DNA of 64,000 nucleotides from Patescibacteria group bacterium (GTDB lineage Bacteria; Patescibacteriota; Minisyncoccia; UBA6257; JAAZHW01): NCBI GenBank assembly GCA_026415775.1, contig JAOAGL010000001.1, positions 6,282 to 70,281 of the forward strand, read 5' to 3'. Shown piece by piece: positions 38,890 to 47,255 of this stretch (position 1 is its first letter; each line of letters starts with the position of its first letter). The notes under the pieces were generated by a model. It saw only the letters and a program-made list of their open reading frames with translations, ran no database searches and was not told where the DNA came from. The position numbers and the translations under genes were made by a program.

Positions 38890-39518
38890 ATATGCTTGAT
38901 AAAATTGTTTTGGATTTAGAAACAAAAAATTCTTTCGCTGATGTTGGGGGGAAACAAAATCTTCATCAACTTGAAATTTCTTTAATTGGTATTTACTCAT
39001 ACAAACGCGATGAATATTTAGCTTTTACAGAAAAAGAATTTCATCTTTTTGAAAAATTTCTTCATGATGTTGGCGCTATTATTGGTTTTTCTATTTATAA
39101 TTTTGATTTACCTTTAATTGAAAAACATTTTGATTATAAATTTGATAATCATATCATTTTTGATATTTTAAAAGAAATTGAAGAAAAACGCGGTCATAAA
39201 ATCAGCCTTGACGAATTAGCATCAGCTAATATAGGGTTGCGAAAAAACGGCAATGGTTTAGAAGCTATTAAATTATACAAGGAAGGAAAAATTGAAGAAT
39301 TAAAAAGATATTGTTTAAATGATGTGAGATTAACAAAAGAGCTTTATGAACTTATTCTAAAGCAAAATCATTTAATTATCCCATCAAAAATTCACGCACC
39401 AGTAAAAGTGCCTTTTAATTGGATTCAGTTGCACAATGATTTAGAAAAGAAACTTATTGAAATAGAAAAACAACGCCAAAAAATTTCTGTTCAAAATTCT
39501 TTGTTTGAAATCTTTTAA
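38880..39518 (+). CDS. DEDD-type 3'-5' exonuclease-like (RNase H-fold) protein
   Basis: 212 aa. IVLDLET (Exo I D-x-E), GFSIYNFDLPLIE (Exo II), and C-terminal YCLNDVRLTKELY (Exo III Y-x3-D). Overlaps the upstream gene by 10 nt. Confidence 0.55.
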   Translation: MYLNMLDKIVLDLETKNSFADVGGKQNLHQLEISLIGIYSYKRDEYLAFTEKEFHLFEKFLHDVGAIIGFSIYNFDLPLIEKHFDYKFDNHIIFDILKEIEEKRGHKISLDELASANIGLRKNGNGLEAIKLYKEGKIEELKRYCLNDVRLTKELYELILKQNHLIIPSKIHAPVKVPFNWIQLHNDLEKKLIEIEKQRQKISVQNSLFEIF

Positions 39519-39542
39519 ACGCATTTACTATAAATTTTTTAA

Positions 39543-39580
39543 ATTTGAAAAAATAATAGGGTCTCCTTTTAAGACCCTAT
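39543..39580. terminator. Bidirectional rho-independent terminator
   Basis: AATAGGGTCTC-CTTTTA-AGACCCTATT hairpin followed by TTTTTTG. Confidence 0.8.
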
Positions 39581-39637
39581 TATTTTTTGTTTTATTTTTT
39601 ATTATTTTTTATTATTTTTAATTTTTTAATTCTCCAG

Positions 39638-40933
39638 TTATTCTTCTACCTCCTCCTCGCCCTCATATGCCTCTTCTTCCTCATTATGACCATCATAATG
39701 TTGAGATACATAAAATATCTCCGAGTGCCCCCATAAAAAACTTATCCATTTCCACCACTTTCCTTCTATTAAAACCTTCGTCGATATTGTTCCATCCTCT
39801 TGAGAATGAAATCGAGCTACACCTCTTATTCTTTTATTATCAATTTTTTTTAAAAGATTCTCCCCTCTAAAAAGCCATCTTTCCTCGTCTAACATCACCA
39901 CCCCAGCTAATTTTCCGTTTTTTTGTAAATGAACATGTTTTAATTCTAAATCTGATGAATTAGACTTAATCTTAATTTCCCACAATATATTATTATTTTC
40001 AAATCCAATTACTTTATCATCAGAATTAAATATCCCCACTATACCATTTGTTTTTCGAGAATAACCAACATAAAGAATCTCTTTTATTGGTTCTCCGGCT
40101 ATCTCTTTTAAGATGGTATCTCCGGAAAAAAGAGAACACTTATTATCGTCGCCTTCTAATACAGCCAGCCCGCATAATGTTCCATCTAACCGAGGGAAAA
40201 CCTCGAGAACCTCTAATATCTTTTTATTTCCTATCTTTTCTAAAACGACATCTCCTTGAAAAAGAACTTTTTCTCTTTTATCTAAATCAGCAATACCCAC
40301 TAGAGTACCGTCTGGTTGAGAATACAATTGATAAATATAACGTATTTTCTCTCCTGCAATTCTTGGAATAAGGCTATCTCCGCTAAACAAAAACGATTCT
40401 CCCTTTTTTGTGTACATGAAACCAGCTAACATATTATTTTCTAAAGGTTCTAAAGGAATGGCAAGCTCCACCTCTTTTATCCTTTTCCCACCAATTTTTT
40501 CTATAAGAACATTGTCTTTAAAAAGAAATTCATTATCTTCATAGCCACTTATCTCAACTACACCAACTAGCTTACCATTTTTTAGAGAAAAAACTTGATG
40601 GGCATCCACAACTTTTTCGCCTTCTATTTCCTCAAAAAGAATATTTTCTTTAAAAGGAATCTCGCTTGCGCCACTGTCACTTAATTTAACCGTCCCTGCT
40701 AATTTACCATTTTCCTGAGAATGAAAATCACAAACTTCCCTTACCTTTTTTCCTCCAATTCTTCCAAACAGAGTATCATTCCTAAAAGGAATTTTTCTGC
40801 CATTTTCTAATTTAACAACGCCAGCCACAGCATCATTTTTCTGTCTATGCACATCATATACGTCTACTATTATAAAGCCTAATTTCTGAAAAAAATTCTT
40901 AAGAAAACTAAAAATATCTTTTGTTTTTTTCAT
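39638..40933 (-). CDS. Tandem-repeat protein (about 9 x ~44-aa repeats) with acidic C-terminal tail
   Basis: 431 aa. Recurring unit ...LF.GD.LLE.I.G.KI.EV....FHSQ.DGTL.G...L.DG... C-terminal EEEEAYEGEEEVEE. Confidence 0.6.
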   Translation of the reverse strand: MKKTKDIFSFLKNFFQKLGFIIVDVYDVHRQKNDAVAGVVKLENGRKIPFRNDTLFGRIGGKKVREVCDFHSQENGKLAGTVKLSDSGASEIPFKENILFEEIEGEKVVDAHQVFSLKNGKLVGVVEISGYEDNEFLFKDNVLIEKIGGKRIKEVELAIPLEPLENNMLAGFMYTKKGESFLFSGDSLIPRIAGEKIRYIYQLYSQPDGTLVGIADLDKREKVLFQGDVVLEKIGNKKILEVLEVFPRLDGTLCGLAVLEGDDNKCSLFSGDTILKEIAGEPIKEILYVGYSRKTNGIVGIFNSDDKVIGFENNNILWEIKIKSNSSDLELKHVHLQKNGKLAGVVMLDEERWLFRGENLLKKIDNKRIRGVARFHSQEDGTISTKVLIEGKWWKWISFLWGHSEIFYVSQHYDGHNEEEEAYEGEEEVEE

Positions 40934-41165
40934 CTTTAACCTCCTTATATGCTCTTCCTACTTGATCCCCCCTTTCGGTGGGGCATCGGAAGAAATTTTA
41001 AATTTGCTAATTATACAATAAAAAATTATTTAAATTTGTCAATTTTTTGATTTTATAAAAAATTTTCTAAAGACAATAAAAAGCTAACCCATTGAAGACT
41101 TGGCGTTTTGATTAATTGAATAAAAAGTGTTCTGGATAATTCTGACAAGGACGTCTCAAAACAAA

Positions 41166-44100
41166 CTAAATCTCCACCTCCAAATAATCAAAGGGTTCGC
41201 CGAAATTATGCCAATTTTCAATGCGTCTTAATTTTTTAGCACCTTTTTTCTGTAAAAATTCTGAAAGTCCATTTTCTACTCTTGCATGCATAGTAATCTT
41301 CTTATATCCCCGGCGTTTTGCTTCTTCTTGTAAAGATTTCAATATTCTTAAAAATATTTTAATATTTCTTTCTTCTGGTTTGGTAGCTATTGATTCTATA
41401 TATAAAGCATCCTCTTCTGGCTTTAATTCTAAATCATAATCTTTTAATTCTTTAAAGGCGTCTTTTAATGGTTTAGAAGATAAATACGAAACTACTTCGC
41501 CTTTTTCATTTTTAGCAATAATCTGAATGCCGTTGCGATTTTCTAAAGTTTCCTTTAAATCTGCTAAATCTGACTGCATTTCTTCAGGGAAACTGGCTTG
41601 CTCGACAAGCAAAATTTTTTCAAGTAACTCTTTATTTATTTTTTTTACCACTTCAACTTTATACTCTCCTCCTTCTTGTTTTTTTCCTTCAACCTCTCGA
41701 GTAATATTAAATGCTTTCCCACTAAGAAGCGCTTCTAGATAATATCCATCGTCATATAAATATCCACCCAGTTTAGAGTTTACTAAAAGATTCTCGATTT
41801 CTTGTAGATCTTGCGTTTCAATATCGTTGTAAGCATCCATTCCTAACCCCACCTTAGAAATATTACAAGCTTGAGCATATCTATTAAGAAATTCAAACAT
41901 AGCTTCGCGAATAGCATTATTAATATTATCGCCTTGAGGGTATTTTCTGTTTACTTCAAAATTATCAGCGATTAAAACAGGTTTACCGTTATTATCTAAA
42001 GTGACAAAAAGCCAAGTTTGAGCAATAACATCACCAGTATCAGGGTCAATGATTTCAGCAACATTAATGCCTTTATCAATAAGATATTGGAAAATTGTTT
42101 CGGGATAAAGAGTGGGAGGGCCGCCACCGGGTGGTGATTCTTTAACGCCAACAGCAATACAACAATCAGTATCATTGCCTTGAAACATATCTTTTCTGGG
42201 ATCTCTATCCCATAATTTAACAATAAATTGTTTTTTAACAGTTTTTTCTTTGTGTTCGGAAGAGAAAGCTTTGATTGCTTCAATAAGATGGGCAAAAGCT
42301 TCTTGGGCTTCAATTGGCAATTGAAAATCAGGATATTTGGTTTTTAGGTAGTTTAAGCTTTTGGTATAAGTGGGGAGGAGTTGTTCAAGCCAGTTGGAAT
42401 CATGAATATTGATTTTTGAAGGGTCAAATTCTTTTTTCTTTTGATTGAGTTGGGTAAGGTCTTTTTCTAAAGATGTTTTTAAACGAGGTTCAGATTCGCT
42501 GACGATTGTTATCCAATTTTTTAATCGTTCTTCAAATTGTTTAAATAAGGCTTCGGTATCTTGTTTTTTCTGAGTATCAACGGTTATTAAAACTTGTTCT
42601 TTGAAATTAAGCCAATTATCCCAATTGATGTTTTTTTCTTTAAAAGCTTTTTCTACTTGTTGGTTATGATAGGCGATATCACAGCCAATTTCATCTTTTT
42701 GATTAGGATTAGAGATAAAATCATTGAATCTATTTTCAAAGACTGATTTAAGAAGATGGTTAAAAATTTCAAGGTATTCTTCTTTGTTTTGTTGCCTTAA
42801 CATTTCTTGATTAGTAATGAGATTGGCAAAATATTTAATTTTCCACTGAGAAAGTTCTTGATTAGAAACTTCAACATCAAGATTTAATGATTGAGCCACC
42901 ATTTTTAAAAGATTTTTGTTTAATTCTGATTTTAGTTCATTAAAGTTTTTGGCTTTTGAATTGGTAATAATTTGTTGAAAGGTTTTTTGAGCATTGATAA
43001 TTTGATAAGATGAGGCGATTTCTAATAAATCAGCAAAGTTATATCCATCAAGTTGTTTGTTGGTTTGGATATATTTTTGAATAGCATTTTTTATTTCTTC
43101 ATCTTGAATAGTTGGTTCTACAAAATTTAGAAAACTATCAGCATAAGATAATCCTCGATAAATGATGTTTTTTAACAGTTGGGTGGAGAGATTAAGGTCT
43201 AATAACTGAAGATTGGCGATATTTGAATTGTGATAAACAAAAAAGTCTTCGGGATTTTCCCATCTTTTTCTTTCATCAATTGTCTCGTTAATTTTTTTAG
43301 CAAATTGTTTGATAGTTTGATATTCAGGTAAATATTTAATTGCAAATTCTCCTAAATCTTTTTGATTTTTTAATAAATTAATTAATATTGGATAAGCATA
43401 ATAAATGTCAATTTCTGAAAGTTTGTATTTTGTATTAAGAATTTCTGCAATTTTTTGTTCTTGTTTATTATTAATTTTAGCTAGTTCACCTAATTGTGAG
43501 GCTGCGGCTTCTCTGACATCTGGCTCATTATCTTTAAAACATTGTTCATATAAAGGAAAGGTTTTTTCTGGTAATACTTTAGCTAGTTCAACTAATTGTG
43601 AGGCTGCGGCGTATCTGACATATTTATTATTACTTTTAAGGCATTGTTCATATAAAGGAAAAGTTTTTTCTGGTAATGCTTTAGTTAGTTCAACTAATTG
43701 TGAGGCTGCGGCTTTTCTGATATATCTATCATTATCTTTAAGGCATTGTTCATATAAAGGAAGGGTTTTTTCTGGTAATGCTTTAGCTAGTTCACCTAAT
43801 TGTGAGGCTGCGGCGTATCTGACAGAGTAATAATCATCTTTAAGGCATTGTTCATATAAAGGAAGGGCTTTTTCTGGTAATGCTTTAGCTAGTTCACCTA
43901 ATTGTGAGGCTGCGACTTCTCTGACCCATGAATGATTATCTTTAAGATATTGTTCATATAAAGGAAGGGTTTTTTCTGGTAATGCTTTAGCTAGTTCACC
44001 TAATTGTGAGGCTGCGGCGTGTCTGACCTCTGGTTCATAATCTGTAAGGCATTGTTCATAAAAAGGAAAGGCTTTTTCTGGTAATGCTTTAGCTAGTTCA

Positions 44101-44489
44101 CCTAATTGTGAGGCTGTGGCGCGTCTGACATCTGGGTCATAATCTTTAAGACATTGTTCATATAAAAGAATGGTAGTTAAGGAATAGATTAGTTCTAATT
44201 TTTCTTTTTCTGCTAATTTTTTAAGGCTTTCTAATTGTTGAATATCTTCTGCTGTAATTTCCTTGTTTAATTCTTCTTTAACTTTTTTTCTAATGGTTTC
44301 TATTAAATATTTAGCCTGAGCTTCTTCAGATTGTCTTAAACGTAAAATTTTGCCAGCTGGGACATTTAATTTGCCTTTTTGTTCTATTGGATGTGCTAAT
44401 TGTATATCAGGCGGTAAAATTTCGCGAATTTCTTCTCGTTTTTGTTTTCTTTTATTCTGATTATTCTGATTTTCTAATGAATTTTTCAT
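41166..44489 (-). CDS. Large hypothetical protein with seven PBS-lyase/HEAT-like repeats near the N-terminus
   Basis: 1107 aa. Seven near-identical 34-aa units (AASQLGELAKALPEK.FP.YEQCLKD....VR.A). Long uncharacterised middle region (…GNDTDCCIAVGV…). C-terminal approximately 60 aa is weakly acetyltransferase-like. Confidence 0.55.
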   Translation of the reverse strand: MKNSLENQNNQNKRKQKREEIREILPPDIQLAHPIEQKGKLNVPAGKILRLRQSEEAQAKYLIETIRKKVKEELNKEITAEDIQQLESLKKLAEKEKLELIYSLTTILLYEQCLKDYDPDVRRATASQLGELAKALPEKAFPFYEQCLTDYEPEVRHAAASQLGELAKALPEKTLPLYEQYLKDNHSWVREVAASQLGELAKALPEKALPLYEQCLKDDYYSVRYAAASQLGELAKALPEKTLPLYEQCLKDNDRYIRKAAASQLVELTKALPEKTFPLYEQCLKSNNKYVRYAAASQLVELAKVLPEKTFPLYEQCFKDNEPDVREAAASQLGELAKINNKQEQKIAEILNTKYKLSEIDIYYAYPILINLLKNQKDLGEFAIKYLPEYQTIKQFAKKINETIDERKRWENPEDFFVYHNSNIANLQLLDLNLSTQLLKNIIYRGLSYADSFLNFVEPTIQDEEIKNAIQKYIQTNKQLDGYNFADLLEIASSYQIINAQKTFQQIITNSKAKNFNELKSELNKNLLKMVAQSLNLDVEVSNQELSQWKIKYFANLITNQEMLRQQNKEEYLEIFNHLLKSVFENRFNDFISNPNQKDEIGCDIAYHNQQVEKAFKEKNINWDNWLNFKEQVLITVDTQKKQDTEALFKQFEERLKNWITIVSESEPRLKTSLEKDLTQLNQKKKEFDPSKINIHDSNWLEQLLPTYTKSLNYLKTKYPDFQLPIEAQEAFAHLIEAIKAFSSEHKEKTVKKQFIVKLWDRDPRKDMFQGNDTDCCIAVGVKESPPGGGPPTLYPETIFQYLIDKGINVAEIIDPDTGDVIAQTWLFVTLDNNGKPVLIADNFEVNRKYPQGDNINNAIREAMFEFLNRYAQACNISKVGLGMDAYNDIETQDLQEIENLLVNSKLGGYLYDDGYYLEALLSGKAFNITREVEGKKQEGGEYKVEVVKKINKELLEKILLVEQASFPEEMQSDLADLKETLENRNGIQIIAKNEKGEVVSYLSSKPLKDAFKELKDYDLELKPEEDALYIESIATKPEERNIKIFLRILKSLQEEAKRRGYKKITMHARVENGLSEFLQKKGAKKLRRIENWHNFGEPFDYLEVEI
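43440..44185. repeat. Seven tandem 102-bp direct repeats (coding, within the 1107-aa gene)
   Basis: Recurring GCTAGTTCACCTAATTGTGAGGCTGCGGC...CATTGTTCATATAAAGGAA units with an approximately 102-bp period, differing by point substitutions. Confidence 0.8.
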
Positions 44490-44519
44490 CTTTATTTAGG
44501 TGTTTTTTAATAAAATTTG

Positions 44520-44592
44520 TGGACCTGAGGGGACTCGAACCCCTGACCTCCTCGATGCCATCGAGGCGCTCTACCAACTAAGCTACAGGCCC
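44520..44592 (-). tRNA. tRNA-Ala (anticodon GGC)
   Basis: GGGCCTG-TA-GCTT-AGTTGGTAGAGC..CCTCG-ATGGCAT-CGAGG..AGGGG-TTCGAGT-CCCCT-CAGGTCC-A. G3:U70 present. Confidence 0.85.
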
Positions 44593-44652
44593 TTAAGTTT
44601 TAATTTTAGAAGAACGGTAATGAATTTTTTCGAAATAATTTATTTTTTGTTA

Positions 44653-44735
44653 GAATGCCATCGAAGCGCCCCTGCCTGCCGGCAGGCAGGTCTGCCTAAC
44701 GGCAGATAAATACCAACTAAGCTACAGGTCCTTAA
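44653..44735 (-). pseudogene. Degenerate partial copy of tRNA-Ala(GGC), 5' half through anticodon loop, interrupted by a 40-nt GC-rich palindromic insert
   Basis: Minus strand reads GGACCTGTAGCTTAGTTGGTA-[TTTATCTGCCGTTAGGCAGACCTGCCTGCCGGCAGGCAGG]-GGCGCTTCGATGGCAT, then diverges. It matches the intact tRNA's acceptor/D-arm and anticodon stem-loop but lacks T-arm and 3' acceptor. Confidence 0.6.
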
Positions 44736-44783
44736 GTTTTTAATTATTTTTAATTTTATCTGTTTCTTAAAATTTTTCAACTT

Positions 44784-46100
44784 TTAAATGGAGCTGGAAA
44801 TGTAGCGCTTTGGCAATAATTTTTCATCCATAGGTAAAGTGAAATAAAAAGTGGATCCTCGATTTTCAATTGATTCAGCCCAAATTTTTCCACCATGTGC
44901 TTCAATAATGTTTTTAGTAATATAAAGCCCCAAACCAGTGCCTTCGGTTTCGTATTTTAAAACATTGGTAGCGCGGAAAAATTTAGTAAATAATTTTGGA
45001 ATTTCTTCTTTAGGAATACCAATGCCAGTATCTGTTATTGAAACTTCCACATACGGCGGTTTTTTCTCAATTTTTATAATAATTTGTCCATTTTCAACAT
45101 TATAGCGTAAAGCATTCTCAATAAGATTTTGAATAACAATTTTTATTCTCATTGGGTCAAACTTAAACGGCTGAAGACCATCTGGAGGCGGCTGGAAATA
45201 TATTTTGATACCATGTCGCTCAGCCAAAGAAATATATCCTTCAACAACTTTTTGAATTAAAGCACATAAATCTCCCTGAACAAATTCATAACCAAATTTA
45301 CCTGCTTCAATATTGGCAGTATCAAGCAAATCATTGGCTAATTTCAAAACTTTATCGGTTGCTTCTAAAGTGCGTTTTAATAAATCTCTTTGGGTCTCAT
45401 TTAAATTTTTATTATCTTCACCCAACAATGTTTCTAAACTCCAGCGAATTCCTGATAATGGCGTCCGCATTTGATGAGCGGCAACAGTCAAAAACTCTGA
45501 TTTAGTTTTTAAAATTTCTTCTTCTCTGGTTCTATCTTTAATTACTTTAAAAAATCCCAAAATCTTTCCTTTTTGGTCTAATACTCTAATTGTTGTCACT
45601 ACTAATTCAATAAACGGCTCAGTAATAGAAATTTCCATTATATTAGGAAAAATAGCTGGGTCGCTTTTCCATGTCATTGCTGGCGCTAAACTCGGAAAAA
45701 GCACTTGGGCTAGTAATTTTGTTTTTGGATTTTTCGCCCACTCTGGCGTCACAATCTCGCCAATCACATCAAAAGCTTTTAATCCAAACAGGTCTTCGGC
45801 GGCGCTATTAAAAACAGTGATTCTAAAATCACTATCATAAGCGATAATCGCTTCAGTAAAATTAGCAAGAATTGTTTTAACTTGATTTCTCTCAGCTAAA
45901 AGTTCGTAATGTTTAATTGTATTGCGCAAAGACAAAAAGAAACTGATTAATAAAAAAATAATAGTGACAACCAAAGCAATCGTCTCCCACAATCCTTCGC
46001 CAAAATGCAAAATAATGCCCAATAAAAAAAGCATTATAATGAGCATTATCCAAAACAAAATCATCTCAGGCAATGACAAATAAGCCAAAATTTTCTTCAT
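44784..46100 (-). CDS. Sensor histidine kinase (2 TM, PAS, HisKA, HATPase_c)
   Basis: 438 aa. H-box AAHQMRTPLSGI, N-box QNLIENALRYN, and G-boxes TDTGIGIP and GTGLGL. Confidence 0.85.
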   Translation of the reverse strand: MKKILAYLSLPEMILFWIMLIIMLFLLGIILHFGEGLWETIALVVTIIFLLISFFLSLRNTIKHYELLAERNQVKTILANFTEAIIAYDSDFRITVFNSAAEDLFGLKAFDVIGEIVTPEWAKNPKTKLLAQVLFPSLAPAMTWKSDPAIFPNIMEISITEPFIELVVTTIRVLDQKGKILGFFKVIKDRTREEEILKTKSEFLTVAAHQMRTPLSGIRWSLETLLGEDNKNLNETQRDLLKRTLEATDKVLKLANDLLDTANIEAGKFGYEFVQGDLCALIQKVVEGYISLAERHGIKIYFQPPPDGLQPFKFDPMRIKIVIQNLIENALRYNVENGQIIIKIEKKPPYVEVSITDTGIGIPKEEIPKLFTKFFRATNVLKYETEGTGLGLYITKNIIEAHGGKIWAESIENRGSTFYFTLPMDEKLLPKRYISSSI

Positions 46101-46170
46101 ATCTTAATTATAATTGAAAGCTTAAAAAATAAAAACCCTCGCCAATCAGCGAGGGTTTATTAAAAAGTCA

Positions 46171-46410
46171 TCATTTGCTCTTTTCTTTAAGAATCCGCTC
46201 AATTTCAGCTCGGTTAAAACCAATAATAATTTCTCCGTCAATATCAATTACTGGCACGCCCATTTGCCCGCTTTTTTCAATCATTTCCTGCGCAGCTTCT
46301 TCATTTTGAGAAACATCAATATCTTCAAAATCAACATTCATTTCTTTTAAAAATTCTTTTGCTAAATGACAATAAGGACAAGTGGGTGTTGAATAAACTT
46401 TTATTTTCAT
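46171..46410 (-). CDS. Glutaredoxin-like (NrdH/Grx family) thioredoxin-fold protein
   Basis: About 79 aa from MKIKVYSTPTCPYCHLAKEFL... (CPYC active site). The ORF track extends 7 codons upstream. Minus-strand terminator CCCTCGC-TGATTG-GCGAGGG plus T-run at 46112-46150. Confidence 0.8.
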   Translation of the reverse strand: MKIKVYSTPTCPYCHLAKEFLKEMNVDFEDIDVSQNEEAAQEMIEKSGQMGVPVIDIDGEIIIGFNRAEIERILKEKSK

Positions 46411-46414
46411 ATTT

Positions 46415-47191
46415 TTATTTAGCATAAACATCTAACACCGACTTTACAACACTATATGGTTGCGCGCCAATTAGTAAAACCGCATTGCCTAAATCAACTT
46501 GGGGATTTGAACCTTGGAAAGCCGCATTAATTTTTTGAATATCAACATCCAAAGGCAAATTCTTTGTTGGAGTAATAATCATGGAAGGTGTTCCCAAAAT
46601 TCCCAGCTTTGAAGCCAAATTTAAAGATTCTTGAACTCTAGCCGCATATTTATTTGAATTTAAACAATCAGAAAGGAGTTGTGTGTCCAAACCTAATTCT
46701 TTCCCGTATTTTACCAATGATTCAATTTTTAAATCCTCAGCGTTTTCAGCCGTGGCAAAAATTTTATCATGCATTTCCCAGAATTTATTTTGGTCTTTAG
46801 CACACCAAGCTGCTTCAGAAGCTTTTTGCGCAAACTCATGAAATGGCAGTGGCACATCAATAAAAACAATTTTTGCTAACCCCGTATCCACATAATCTTT
46901 TACTAAACTAATATGGGTTAACAAATAAAATCTTCGGCAATAAGGGCATTGATAATCGGCAAATTCAAAAATTGTTATTGGCGCGTTATCTTTGCCTAAA
47001 ACAACATTATCCGAAGCAATAGCCAATTTTAGAGTATTGCCCGCTGATTGTTGTTCTTGTTCTACTTCTGCTTTTTGGGTAACATTAACACCTTTACTAT
47101 AAATAAAAGCACCACCAATAATTAAAGCCGCTAAAACAATTGAGATCGGCAATAAATAATCTTTTTTCTTGGTTTGTTGATTATTTTCCAT
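46415..47191 (-). CDS. DsbA-family thiol:disulfide oxidoreductase (membrane-anchored)
   Basis: 258 aa. N-terminal TM, then FADYQCPYCRRF thioredoxin-like CxxC motif. Confidence 0.8.
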   Translation of the reverse strand: MENNQQTKKKDYLLPISIVLAALIIGGAFIYSKGVNVTQKAEVEQEQQSAGNTLKLAIASDNVVLGKDNAPITIFEFADYQCPYCRRFYLLTHISLVKDYVDTGLAKIVFIDVPLPFHEFAQKASEAAWCAKDQNKFWEMHDKIFATAENAEDLKIESLVKYGKELGLDTQLLSDCLNSNKYAARVQESLNLASKLGILGTPSMIITPTKNLPLDVDIQKINAAFQGSNPQVDLGNAVLLIGAQPYSVVKSVLDVYAK

Positions 47192-47255
47192 AACTTTTTT
47201 CTTAATAGACCTTTTGTTATTTTAAAGCTTAAACAAATTAAACTTTAAATCAAGA

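Noticed and set aside
41166-41400. GNAT acetyltransferase domain at the C-terminus of the 1107-aa protein
   Set aside because: There is only a loose resemblance (KRRGYKK near a motif-A-like position). The canonical [RQ]xxGx[GA] spacing is not satisfied. It is mentioned as weak and not called as a feature.
43405-43830. 141-aa plus-strand ORF (repeating ...CSYKGKVFSGN...CEAAA...)
   Set aside because: It lies antisense to the 102-bp tandem repeats inside the 1107-aa minus-strand gene. The open frame is a by-product of the repeat periodicity, not an independent gene.
43440-44185. Possible CRISPR array suggested by regular direct repeats
   Set aside because: The repeats are 102 bp with no unique spacers, lie entirely within a long ORF and encode HEAT-like protein repeats. 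No cas genes are present.
46112-46150. Plus-strand terminator reading of the CCCTCGC...GCGAGGG hairpin
   Set aside because: Both flanking genes are on the minus strand and the T-run follows the hairpin on the minus strand. It is assigned as the terminator of the glutaredoxin-like gene.
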